A stretch of 64,000 nucleotides of DNA. It comes from Desulfobacterales bacterium (GTDB lineage Bacteria > Desulfobacterota > Desulfobacteria > Desulfobacterales > UBA5616). Each line of letters begins with the position of its first letter. Within the stretch, counting starts at the first letter, position 1. Below the pieces are notes generated by a model that worked only from the letters and a program-made list of their open reading frames with translations, was not told where the DNA came from and searched no databases. Below, in pieces: positions 1 to 8,666 of the stretch. The stretch spans positions 1 through 64,000 of the forward strand of contig JAWODC010000090.1 in the NCBI GenBank assembly GCA_046483495.1, in the 5' to 3' direction. Position numbers and translations under genes: made by a program.

Positions 1-188
1 GTGAGGCCTACCCGGGCGAGCTGCTGCCCGGCCTGGCCGAGCTCGGGATGCTCGGTGCGGTCATCCCCGAGGAGTTCGGGGGCGCCGGCCTGGACGACGC
101 CGCCTACCGGGTGGTCATCGAGGAGCTCGGCGCGGCTGACTCGTCGATCCGGTCGCTCGTGTCGGTCAACCTCGGCCTGGTCGGCAAC
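1..188 (+). pseudogene. Fragment of an acyl-CoA dehydrogenase gene, much more GC-rich than the rest of the window
   Basis: Translation MLGAVIPEEFGGAGLD...EELGAADSSIRSLVSVNLGL is a typical ACAD N-terminal segment. It breaks off at ~188. Confidence 0.65.
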
Positions 189-372
189 TGCTCCGATGCT
201 ATGTGCCTCTTGATGTTGAGGGCCAAGGCCTTGAAGGTGACGGCGGTTCGGACCCTGTCCAACCCTCTGCACCAGACGTTCTTAAGCCCCGTCACCCGTC
301 CGCCTCCGATACGGTGGCCTCGATCCCTGAACGGATCTTGTAGCGCTCTTTGAAATCCTTGTCCTCCTGCTT
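189..372 (-). mobile_element. Frameshifted C-terminal fragment of a DDE transposase (IS1182/IS4-like)
   Basis: Minus strand reads KQEDKDFKERYKIRSGIEATVSEAD, then after a frameshift VTGLKNVWCRGLDRVRTAVTFKALALNIKR. This fits the Y-x2-R-x2-IE...RG...N pattern of DDE C-termini. Confidence 0.6.
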
Positions 373-374
373 GA

Positions 375-911
375 ATAGCCGATATCGTCGCCGAAGCCGG
401 TGTCGCCCAGGGAACCTTTTACCTGTACTTCAAATCCAAGGAAGAGATCTTTAAAAACATCTGTTTCGACCACATGAACCGGTTCATCCGGGTATTTGAC
501 GAAACCCGGATTCTGTTCGGCGGCCGTGACATCGATGAAATCCGGCAGAATATCCAGCATTTTTTGACGAAGCTGCTCGAGATCTACAAACAAAACGTGC
601 ATGTGACGGAATTGCTGTTTCGGGAAGGGATGGGGCATAACGGATTGTTCAAGGAAATCAATGAAAATTTTTTTGACAAATTCGTTCACCTGATTCAAGA
701 TCATATGAAACGCGACATCCCGCCGGATACATTCCCTTCGGAAGATGCAGAAACCTTGTCCGTATTCCTGCTGGGGGTCTTCGAGCGAAGCGCCTTCTAT
801 TTCATGCTCAAGCGAAAACGATTCGACACGGGAAAGCTGGCCCGGCGAATGGCCGATTTTATGGTGAACGGACTTCAGCTCAACCAAAGCGCCGCCGCCA
901 CCGAGGCCTGA
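375..911 (+). CDS. TetR/AcrR family regulator, 5'-truncated
   Basis: The frame is open from 375: IADIVAEAGVAQGTFYLYFKSKEEIF is the TetR HTH. Helix 1 and the start codon are missing (in-frame TGA at 372-374). Confidence 0.85.
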   Translation: MADIVAEAGVAQGTFYLYFKSKEEIFKNICFDHMNRFIRVFDETRILFGGRDIDEIRQNIQHFLTKLLEIYKQNVHVTELLFREGMGHNGLFKEINENFFDKFVHLIQDHMKRDIPPDTFPSEDAETLSVFLLGVFERSAFYFMLKRKRFDTGKLARRMADFMVNGLQLNQSAAATEA

Positions 912-966
912 TAAAAGATTATTTACTCCTGCTCCTTTCTTGAAGCGCAAATTTTTTCTTCCAAAA

Positions 967-986
967 CGGACTGACGCGTCAGTCCG
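967..986. promoter_or_regulatory. Perfect 20-bp palindrome, putative TetR operator upstream of masC
   Basis: CGGACTGACG|CGTCAGTCCG lies between tetR and masC, about 20 bp downstream of a TTGAAG (-35-like) at 940-945. Confidence 0.7.
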
Positions 987-1163
987 CTGGAGGGAATATG
1001 AAAAAAACCATTCGGTAAAGGTTTATCATCGATAGCGGCATTAAGCATCGGTTCATGCTTTCATCACATCACCGGTTCAACGCGGAAACGAATCGTTTAC
1101 AGCGGAATTCTCCGATTTCTCAAAACCGCCGGTCAAAAAGCCACAGAAAAGGAGGTGATATTC

Positions 1164-1328
1164 ATGCCCACATGCAAGGAATGCAAGTCCTTTTTCCCCA
1201 TCGAAGAGGAGCCCGGAAAGGGAGATTGTGTTCAAAAGTGCGTCGATGCCAGGCAAACCTATTATTCGGCCAGAGTTGTTTCTTCAGAAATGGATGCAAG
1301 CCTGTGCGATTCCTTTCAAAAAAAATAG
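1164..1328 (+). CDS. masC: (1-methylalkyl)succinate synthase gamma subunit (MasC/AssC, BssC-like), 54 aa; absent from the ORF track
   Basis: SD GGAGG at 1151. MPTCKECKSFFPIEEEPGKGDCVQKCVDARQTYYSARVVSSEMDASLCDSFQKK has the BssC/MasC CxxC...GDCV...C pattern and lies directly before assA. Confidence 0.92.
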   Translation: MPTCKECKSFFPIEEEPGKGDCVQKCVDARQTYYSARVVSSEMDASLCDSFQKK

Positions 1329-1373
1329 AATTGGCGTTTGCAGGGGGTAACGGACGCCTGCAAGGGAGGCAAT

Positions 1374-3872
1374 ATGGCAGAGCCAGCAATCGAAAAAGAA
1401 ATCAAGGGATATGAAGAAAAACAGCAATGGTGGTGGGCCGCGGAAAAAAGGCGCTCCAAACGGCTCGATTATCTGCGAAAAGCCGTCTGGCGAAAAGGGT
1501 CCACCGGCGGTGCGCCGATTTCACCCATCAAATTGGATCTGGAACCGGCTTACAGGCGCATCCAATTTTATAAACAATTCAAAAAAGAGCCCCAGCCGTT
1601 GCGAACGGCGAAAATTCTTGCCGCCATGTGGGAGAGCGACCAGATCTACATCGTCGATCATTCCCAGCTTGTCGGTTCAAAAACCCCGACACCGTCCACG
1701 GAAGCCTGGGAGGGCGCCGGCGGAACCGCCAATGCGGCCGTTTACAATTACCCGGAGATTCTTCCCGAACCGCTCGAGGAATCGTTGAAGAAGGTGCATG
1801 AAGTCGGCGAGTTCTGGGATACCGAAGGCGACGCCATGGACAAGCTGATCAGCATGGCCGACCCGGAAGATATCGCCAAGTTTCAATCCGGCGCCATTGC
1901 ATGGGGAAGCCTCATCGGGGGATACTCGGGCAAGAACTACGAGTACTTCATGACCGGCGAACGGGCCTTCGAAGACATCATCGCCGAAATCGAAAAGAAC
2001 ATCGAGGAAGCCGAGGATAAGATCCAGGGGGTTTCCAATCCCGACCTCCTTCCCCTGTACCAGAAAATCATCAACTGGGAGGCCATGATCATCGGCCTTC
2101 AAGCCGGCATTAAGCTGGCGAAGCGGTACGCACGGTTGGCCAGGATTATCGCTGAAAATTTCGAATCGGACCCCAAACGCAAGGAAGAGCTGCTTCGGGT
2201 TTCGGAGACCTGCGAACGGGTTCCGGCCAAACCGCCGAGAAATCTCCAGGAGTCCCTCCAGTACGACCACTTCATCCAGGTCATGGCACGGAAGGAGCAG
2301 GGCGAAGGCGCCTGGCCGGCCCGGCCGGATTACTACCATGGCCCCTATTACGACAGGGACGTCAATGTCGAGAAAAACATCACCAAAGAAGAGGCGATCG
2401 ACCTTATCGGCGAATTTCTGATCCGGGCGTATGACATGCCGGTCGTCCTGGCGATGGGCAAGTGGGTTCGCGAAGGTCTGCAGGGCATTGCCGGAACATG
2501 GGTCTGGACATTGGGAGGCGTGAATCAGCACGGCGACGATGCCTGCAACGAGATGACCATCGCCCTGATGCAGGCCGCCCGCCTCGTCCGGACACCGAAT
2601 CCCACGTTCGCCTTCCGGTGGCACCCGAAGGTGAAGGACGAAGTCATGCGGGAGATTTTCGAATGCATCCGCCACGGACTCGGATACCCGGCCATGCGCA
2701 ACGACCCGGTGCTGATCTCCAACGCCATGCACTGGCACCGGCACCCCATCGAGGAGGCCCGTACGTGGGTCCACCAGGCCTGCATGTCGCCCTGCCCCAC
2801 CACGAAGCACGGCACCCAGCCCATGCGCATGGCTTCGGCTACGGCAAACTGCGCCAAGATTATCGAATATGCGCTGTGGAACGGCTATGACCATGTGGTC
2901 AACATGCAGATGGGCCCCAAAACCGGAGACGCGCGCAACTTCATGGATTTCGAACAGCTCTTCGACGCCTGGGTCCAACAGATGGAGTGGCTGTTCAGCC
3001 TGCTGACCCGTACGGTGAACTTCGCGCGGTTCGTGCAGAGCGATGTGGCTCCGAGGCCTTTTCTTTCCGGCATTTCCCAGCGCGCCGTCGATTTGGGCGT
3101 CGATGTCATGCGGCCGGACGGCGAACGCGGCAACGCCTGGATCACGGCCTTTACCTGGGTGGAAAACGCGGACAGTCTTGCGGCCATCAAGAAGCTGGTG
3201 TTCGATGAAAAGAAATACACGATGAGCCAGCTCATGGACGCGCTCGAATCCAACTGGGACGGGTTCGAGGAGATGCGCCTGGACTTCGTCAACAGGGCAC
3301 CCAAATGGGGCAATGACGACGATTACGTGGATGAGGTCATGCTTCGCTGCCTGCGGGAATGCGCCCGGTTTTCACGGGAGCTGAAAGATCCCAGTGGAAA
3401 TTCATGGCCCATTCTGCCGGAGAACGTCAGCGGCAATATCCATTATTCAAGCATCGTCCGGGCACTGCCCAACGGCAGGCGACAGGGGGACGCCCTGTAC
3501 GACGGCGGCATATCACCGGGACCGGGTCTGGACAAGAAAGGCCCCACCTCGGTATTGAAGTCCTGCGGCAAAATCGATCATGTCACCGACGGCCGGGCGT
3601 TTTTGCTGAATCAGCGCCTTTCCCCGACCCAGCTCAAAGGGGAAAAGGGGTATCAGCTCTGGCGGGCCTACATGAAAACCTGGGCGGATCTCGGGCTGGA
3701 CCATGTTCAGTTCAACATGGTCTCCGATGAAACCCTTCGTGCGGCCCAGAAAGATCCTGAAAAATACTCGGAGGTTATCGTTCGGGTTGCCGGATACAGC
3801 GCTCATTTCGTGGACATCAGCCGGAAAACCCAGGACAATATCATTCAGAGAACGGTTCAGGGAATCGGATAG
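1374..3872 (+). CDS. assA: Alkylsuccinate / (1-methylalkyl)succinate synthase alpha subunit (glycyl radical enzyme, AssA/MasD), 832 aa
   Basis: SD GGGAGG before ATG 1374. Cys loop WVHQACMSPCP (Ass/Mas type rather than the BssA LCMSP), glycyl motif IVRVAGYSAHF, and N-terminal WWWAAEKRRSKRLDYLRKAVW. Confidence 0.95.
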   Translation: MAEPAIEKEIKGYEEKQQWWWAAEKRRSKRLDYLRKAVWRKGSTGGAPISPIKLDLEPAYRRIQFYKQFKKEPQPLRTAKILAAMWESDQIYIVDHSQLVGSKTPTPSTEAWEGAGGTANAAVYNYPEILPEPLEESLKKVHEVGEFWDTEGDAMDKLISMADPEDIAKFQSGAIAWGSLIGGYSGKNYEYFMTGERAFEDIIAEIEKNIEEAEDKIQGVSNPDLLPLYQKIINWEAMIIGLQAGIKLAKRYARLARIIAENFESDPKRKEELLRVSETCERVPAKPPRNLQESLQYDHFIQVMARKEQGEGAWPARPDYYHGPYYDRDVNVEKNITKEEAIDLIGEFLIRAYDMPVVLAMGKWVREGLQGIAGTWVWTLGGVNQHGDDACNEMTIALMQAARLVRTPNPTFAFRWHPKVKDEVMREIFECIRHGLGYPAMRNDPVLISNAMHWHRHPIEEARTWVHQACMSPCPTTKHGTQPMRMASATANCAKIIEYALWNGYDHVVNMQMGPKTGDARNFMDFEQLFDAWVQQMEWLFSLLTRTVNFARFVQSDVAPRPFLSGISQRAVDLGVDVMRPDGERGNAWITAFTWVENADSLAAIKKLVFDEKKYTMSQLMDALESNWDGFEEMRLDFVNRAPKWGNDDDYVDEVMLRCLRECARFSRELKDPSGNSWPILPENVSGNIHYSSIVRALPNGRRQGDALYDGGISPGPGLDKKGPTSVLKSCGKIDHVTDGRAFLLNQRLSPTQLKGEKGYQLWRAYMKTWADLGLDHVQFNMVSDETLRAAQKDPEKYSEVIVRVAGYSAHFVDISRKTQDNIIQRTVQGIG

Positions 3873-4075
3873 AAGTATGGGGGACGGCAATGCCGTCGTC
3901 TCCCGGTTTTGCCGGGTTTGGGCGGACGGTTTCTTCCAGGCCGGATGCATGCACCACCCAACGGGGATTCGCCACTCCGCAGGCTTGCATCGCGGTTTTT
4001 CCGGTTGCAGCCTTATACGATGGAAGCATCCGATCCGCCCTTTTCCTCACACGTCAATCAGTAAAAGGAGAAGAC

Positions 4076-4303
4076 ATGAAATGCACCGAATGCGGACATG
4101 AGGCGTCTGTGGATAAGTTCAGGTACCTTTACAATGCCAGGATCGATGCATCCGTCAGCATGCGGCAATGTCCGAATTGCATGGAGGTTCTTGCCGTGAA
4201 CGAGCTGGACCACGAGGCCTTGAAAAAAGTGGGGCTTGGAGAAGCACCCTGGGGAAAATCCGCGGGAATCGAAGATCTGGCCGAAGACGTCAAGACGGCT
4301 TGA
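4076..4303 (+). CDS. masE: MasE small subunit (CxxC...CxxC, rubredoxin-like), 75 aa
   Basis: SD AAGGAG. MKCTECGHEA..KFRYLYNARIDAS..RQCPNC...PWGKSAGIEDLAED matches MasE as I recall it and follows masD as in mas operons. Confidence 0.9.
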   Translation: MKCTECGHEASVDKFRYLYNARIDASVSMRQCPNCMEVLAVNELDHEALKKVGLGEAPWGKSAGIEDLAEDVKTA

Positions 4304-4606
4304 TGTCGACCACGCGTTTTGGATCGATACCGACCCCGGGCGATCGACCGGGCCCGGCGTTCGAAGCGCCGGACCCCGCCCGAGGATCGGCAGCCGATCG
4401 TCTTTCCGATCAGCACTTGGATTCGCAGTATTCCGGTATTCATCAGACCGTAAGTTCTATCACCAAAAACCCGTTTCGTGATGACCCCATCGACATCCGG
4501 ACCCGGCGGAAGCCTTACGATGCTGCGTCGGCCGGGCCGGAGGCGGAACCGGCAGAGTAAAAGCGATGTCAACGACTCAGATGCGCCGTTACGAGGGAGA
4601 AAAACG

Positions 4607-6355
4607 ATGACAAAGCATGATGATGAAATTCGCGAGAAAGAAAAACAGTGGAAGGAAACCACCGTTCAAAACGCCCTGAAACGCTTTCCCATTCTGACGG
4701 AATCCCCAAGCCGTTTCTACACCCCGCTGGACGTGGACAAAAAGTTCAAATTTCTGAAAAAAGTGGGATTTCCCGGTGAATACCCCTTCACCGCCGGCAC
4801 CTATCCATTCGATCCCACCGCCGGGCTTTCCAAGTTTGCCGCCAAAATGCCGGCCGGGTCCGCCTACACGCGTGCCGCGCTGTACAGCGGCTACGGCGCT
4901 CCGGAGGACACACGGGATTACTACAAAAACCTGCTGGCCAAGGGCGGAAAGCAGGGGCCGAACCTGGCCATGGATCTTCCCACGCAGTGCGGGTACGACT
5001 CCGACAACCCCATGGTGGACGGAGAAGTCGGCAAGGTCGGCGTATCCATCGACACGTTAAGGGACCTCGAAGTCATTTATGAGCCGTATCAGGGGGATCT
5101 CAACCTTGACCGGATCGCCTCCAATTTCACCATCAACGCCCCGGCCGTCTACATTATGGCGATGTACGCGGCGCTCGCGGAAAAGCGGGGAATACCGCTG
5201 GACAAATTGCGTGCCACACCCCAGAACGACATATTGAAAGAATACGTCGCCCGGGGGACCTACATTTTTCCCCCGACGCCGGCCATGCGCCTCTTTCGGG
5301 ACACCCTGGTTTTTTTAACCAGGCACATGCCCAACGTCAACATCACCAGCATCGGCGGATACCACATCCGTGAAGCCGGCGCAAACCGGAAGCAGGACCT
5401 TGCCTACAGCATGGCCATTGCCATGGCCTATCTTCGGGAAGGCGTCAACACGGGTCTGAATGTCGACGATTTCGCTCCCCGCTTCACGTTCAACGCCTTC
5501 GGCGGCAGCATGGAATTTCTCCAGGAAATCGCGTTTCAACGGGCCGCAAGGCGCATGTACGCCTTTATACTCAAAGAGAAGTTCGGCGCAAAAAACCCCA
5601 AAAGCATGATTATCCGTCAGCCCATCACCGCCCATATCGGCCCGTCGGACACCACCATTCAACGGCCGCTGAATAATCTGACCCGGGCGGTTCTGGGTGC
5701 GGTGGCGGGTGCCCTGTCGGGCGGGTCCGGCGCCCCCTTTCCGCCCTATGATGAGCCCCTCGGGCTGGGCTGGAGCCTGGAGGCGCAGCAGTTGATGCAG
5801 GATGCAGGCCGGATTCTCACCTGTGAAGCGAGGCTTCTGGACGTGGAAGATCCGTTCGCCGGTTCCTACTGCATGGAGCACCTCACCGACAGCATCGAGC
5901 AGGAGGCATGGGAAGAACTCAATAAAGTCGAAGCCATGGGAGGCGCGGTGGCCGCCATCGAAAGCGGGTACCTGCAGAAACAGGTAGCCAAGAGCGCGTA
6001 CGAACACCAGAAAAAAGTGGCAAACGGCGACATTCTGAAAGTGGGCGTAAACTGCTTCACCGGAGAGCATGAGCTGGAAGTGGAAACCACCCGCCTGGTC
6101 CCGCACCCCTATGATCCGGGAAAACGGGAACGGGCTCAGGAGCACCAGATCGCATCCCTGAACGAGGTTCGACGATCACGGGACGGCCGGGAAGTCAAAC
6201 GGCTTCTTTCCGAACTCAGAGAAAAATCCCTACAGGAAGATGAAAACCTGACCTACCATCTGATCGACTGCGCCAAAGCCTACGTCACCATTCAGGAGGT
6301 ATGCGACACATTGCGGGATGTTTTTGGAGAATATGAATCCCCTTCGATCCTATAA
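4607..6355 (+). CDS. B12-dependent acyl-CoA mutase, large subunit (methylmalonyl-CoA mutase family)
   Basis: Motifs GFPGEYPFT, DLPTQCGYDSD, GEVGKVGV, QNDILKEY, GYHIREAG. SD GAGGGAG before ATG 4607. Confidence 0.93.
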   Translation: MTKHDDEIREKEKQWKETTVQNALKRFPILTESPSRFYTPLDVDKKFKFLKKVGFPGEYPFTAGTYPFDPTAGLSKFAAKMPAGSAYTRAALYSGYGAPEDTRDYYKNLLAKGGKQGPNLAMDLPTQCGYDSDNPMVDGEVGKVGVSIDTLRDLEVIYEPYQGDLNLDRIASNFTINAPAVYIMAMYAALAEKRGIPLDKLRATPQNDILKEYVARGTYIFPPTPAMRLFRDTLVFLTRHMPNVNITSIGGYHIREAGANRKQDLAYSMAIAMAYLREGVNTGLNVDDFAPRFTFNAFGGSMEFLQEIAFQRAARRMYAFILKEKFGAKNPKSMIIRQPITAHIGPSDTTIQRPLNNLTRAVLGAVAGALSGGSGAPFPPYDEPLGLGWSLEAQQLMQDAGRILTCEARLLDVEDPFAGSYCMEHLTDSIEQEAWEELNKVEAMGGAVAAIESGYLQKQVAKSAYEHQKKVANGDILKVGVNCFTGEHELEVETTRLVPHPYDPGKRERAQEHQIASLNEVRRSRDGREVKRLLSELREKSLQEDENLTYHLIDCAKAYVTIQEVCDTLRDVFGEYESPSIL

Positions 6356-6488
6356 GGGCCGGTCAACGGAACCGGGCCGCCACCATGAAAGCCGCATTTC
6401 CCGACCGCAGGCGTCCTCGTTCGGACCGGATCATTTTCGGTATCCGATCCGCCGGCCTGCGGAAGCGGGCCTGGCTCATCCCGACGAC

Positions 6489-8198
6489 ATGATTGCGTCC
6501 CATTTTCGGGAACTGCTGGACCTCTTGATCCCGATGTCGGGCAACCGCCGCGTCATGATCGACGGGTACGGCCTGTTAAAAGACCCCGGGACAATTCACC
6601 CGATCCTGCCGGACCGGGAGAATTCGGCACCGGAGCCCCTGGACCTGTATGAACCCCGGATCGGTTATATCCGCCGTGCGCTGGAATCCATCCTGGGGCT
6701 CGTCGAACTCGAGTCCGGCGGCAGGCCCGTGCGAGTGGACGGCTTTCGCCTGAAGGACCCCGCGGCCTGGCTGGGTCCGTCCGGAGGGGCATCGGACATC
6801 CTGGCCCACGCAGCATCCCGATGCAATGTAAACTGCCGGTTCTGTTACAACAGGGGCACGTCCCCCGCACTGAAACCGAAAAAACGGGACAGCGATGAGG
6901 AATACCGGGAAATTCGGCGGCGTATCGAGCATTATGTTCCGGAGGGCCGGCTGGCTGTCTTTCCGGATATGGCAAGCCCCTGTGAAATGCTGGCGCATCC
7001 CTGCATTTCGGAAATACTTTTTCAGTTGCGGGAAAAAACACCGGAGCTTTTTCGAATCGCCACCAACGGCGCCGCACTGACGGAGGAAATGCTCGACATT
7101 CTTTCCGCCGTCAAACCGGTGCGCCTGGACATTTCCCTCAATTCCGCCTCCCCCGGCAGACGAAAATGGCTGATGCGCGACAAAAAACCCGAGACCGCCC
7201 TCGGTGCGCCGAAACGGCTTGAGCAGCGCGGGATCCCCTACTCCCTGGTGATCGTGCCCTGGCCCTTTCCCTCGCCGGAGGTCATGCTCGCCGATCTGAC
7301 CAAAACACTTGAATGGGCCGATAACCACCGGCCGATGTTCATTCAGATCAGCCTGCCCGGGTATACGCGGCATTCGCTTCCTTATGCGCACCATTTTGAC
7401 GAATCCGTCTGGCGAAAAGTAAAGCGCCGCGTTCAGGACATGCGCCACCATATGACATGTCCGGTGGTGCTGCGGCCGGGGCTTTATGAAGAATATGACG
7501 ATCCGGAGCATGTCGATCATGCCGCGCTCGTCGGCGTAATCGCCGGTTCCCCCCTGGATAAGGCGGGGGTTTGCCGGGGTGATCGAATATCCGGAATAAA
7601 CGGCATACGGGTAAAAAACCGCCGGCAGGCAAGGTCTTTATTGACGATGCTGCATCAAGGCGACCTCGGAAAAACCCATTTGCACGTCCTTCGAAACGCC
7701 GAAGAAGTGCATATCCCCGTGGATCTTCACGCATGGGCTTATCCCTATGCGCCGGCGGCGGCCACCCACCTGGGAGCGGTATTTTCCTCGAGCGGCATAC
7801 CGTCATCCTGGATGGATCACCTGCTGCAGGTAATCGAACGACGTTTTGCAAAGACCATACTGCTGCTGACATCCCGGCTCGTTCGGCCCTCGATTGTAAC
7901 CATGATTGCCAAAAGCCCCGGGTTAGCGGGTGTTCACTTCCACCTGTGGGTCCCGGAAAACCGTTACTTCGGAGGCAATATTTTCATGGGGGATTTGATC
8001 ACGGCGGAAGACGTCATCGTTTCGGTGCGGCATTTTATCGCCTCTGAAAAAGTAACCCCCGAGCTTGTAGTGCTTCCCGCTTCCCCGTTTCACATGAGCG
8101 GGTGGGGCCGTGACCTGACCGGGCGGGTGTACCTGGATATCGAACGGCATCTGGGTATTCCTGTTGAATTGATACCATGCGATCCGCTATTTGACTGA
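6489..8198 (+). CDS. Radical SAM protein with PDZ-like segment and C-terminal DUF512-like domain
   Basis: CNVNCRFC (CX3CX2C), PDZ-like VIAGSPLDKAGVCRGDRISGING, and DUF512-like NRYFGGNIFMGDLITAED...GRDLTG. Start uncertain (6489 chosen; the frame is open from 6318). Confidence 0.8.
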   Translation: MIASHFRELLDLLIPMSGNRRVMIDGYGLLKDPGTIHPILPDRENSAPEPLDLYEPRIGYIRRALESILGLVELESGGRPVRVDGFRLKDPAAWLGPSGGASDILAHAASRCNVNCRFCYNRGTSPALKPKKRDSDEEYREIRRRIEHYVPEGRLAVFPDMASPCEMLAHPCISEILFQLREKTPELFRIATNGAALTEEMLDILSAVKPVRLDISLNSASPGRRKWLMRDKKPETALGAPKRLEQRGIPYSLVIVPWPFPSPEVMLADLTKTLEWADNHRPMFIQISLPGYTRHSLPYAHHFDESVWRKVKRRVQDMRHHMTCPVVLRPGLYEEYDDPEHVDHAALVGVIAGSPLDKAGVCRGDRISGINGIRVKNRRQARSLLTMLHQGDLGKTHLHVLRNAEEVHIPVDLHAWAYPYAPAAATHLGAVFSSSGIPSSWMDHLLQVIERRFAKTILLLTSRLVRPSIVTMIAKSPGLAGVHFHLWVPENRYFGGNIFMGDLITAEDVIVSVRHFIASEKVTPELVVLPASPFHMSGWGRDLTGRVYLDIERHLGIPVELIPCDPLFD

Positions 8199-8212
8199 AA
8201 AGGAGAATCACG

Positions 8213-8608
8213 ATGGAGAACAACATCAGGGTACTCATCTCGAAAATAGGGCTGGACGGACACGATCGCGGCGCAAAGGTGATCGCTTACGGCCTGAGGG
8301 ATGCGGGATTCGAAGTCATTTTCATGGGGGTGAGGCAAACCCCCGAACGCATTGTCAACACCGCCATCCAGGAAGACGTGCAGGTGATCGGATTGTCCAT
8401 TCTTTCCGGCGCCCATATTCCCCTGATCAAAAAATTAATTGAAAAACTGAAATCCGCCGGGGGTGATGAGATCATGGTTATCGTGGGGGGCGTTATCCCC
8501 GAGGAGGACAAATCGGTGTTAAAGGATATGGGGGTTGCCGAAGTGTTTACCTCCGGCACGCATATCGATCAGGTGGTCAATGTCATCAAAAACACCCTTG
8601 GCGATTAG
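8213..8608 (+). CDS. Cobalamin-binding small subunit of the acyl-CoA mutase
   Basis: GLDGHDRGAKVI (DxHxxG), GLSILSGAH, VIVGGVIP. Confidence 0.95.
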   Translation: MENNIRVLISKIGLDGHDRGAKVIAYGLRDAGFEVIFMGVRQTPERIVNTAIQEDVQVIGLSILSGAHIPLIKKLIEKLKSAGGDEIMVIVGGVIPEEDKSVLKDMGVAEVFTSGTHIDQVVNVIKNTLGD

Positions 8609-8666
8609 AGGCGATCGGGGAATGCACTCCGGCGGCGGTACGGCAACCTTAACCGCGAGGAACGCA

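Noticed and set aside
372..374. In-frame TGA before the TetR HTH as a second Sec codon
   Set aside because: The upstream sequence is an antisense transposase fragment, not TetR helix 1, and this is not a Cys position.
1338..1373. N-terminal extensions in the ORF track (assA from 1338, mutase from 4478, CoA-transferase from 8535, crotonase from 9542, MmgE from 16550, lyase from 40160)
   Set aside because: Downstream starts have better SD sequences or coincide with family N-termini, and most extensions overlap neighbouring genes.
1677..2978. 433-aa antisense ORF, and similar long ones at 11541..13004, 27339..28616, 40260..41396 and 46006..46989
   Set aside because: Shadow frames opposite well-supported genes, expected from GC-biased codon usage, with no recognisable motifs.
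1374..3872. Benzylsuccinate/naphthylmethylsuccinate synthase or pyruvate formate-lyase
   Set aside because: The Cys loop is QACMSPCP and MasB/MasE-type subunits are present. There is no PFL Cys-Cys pair.
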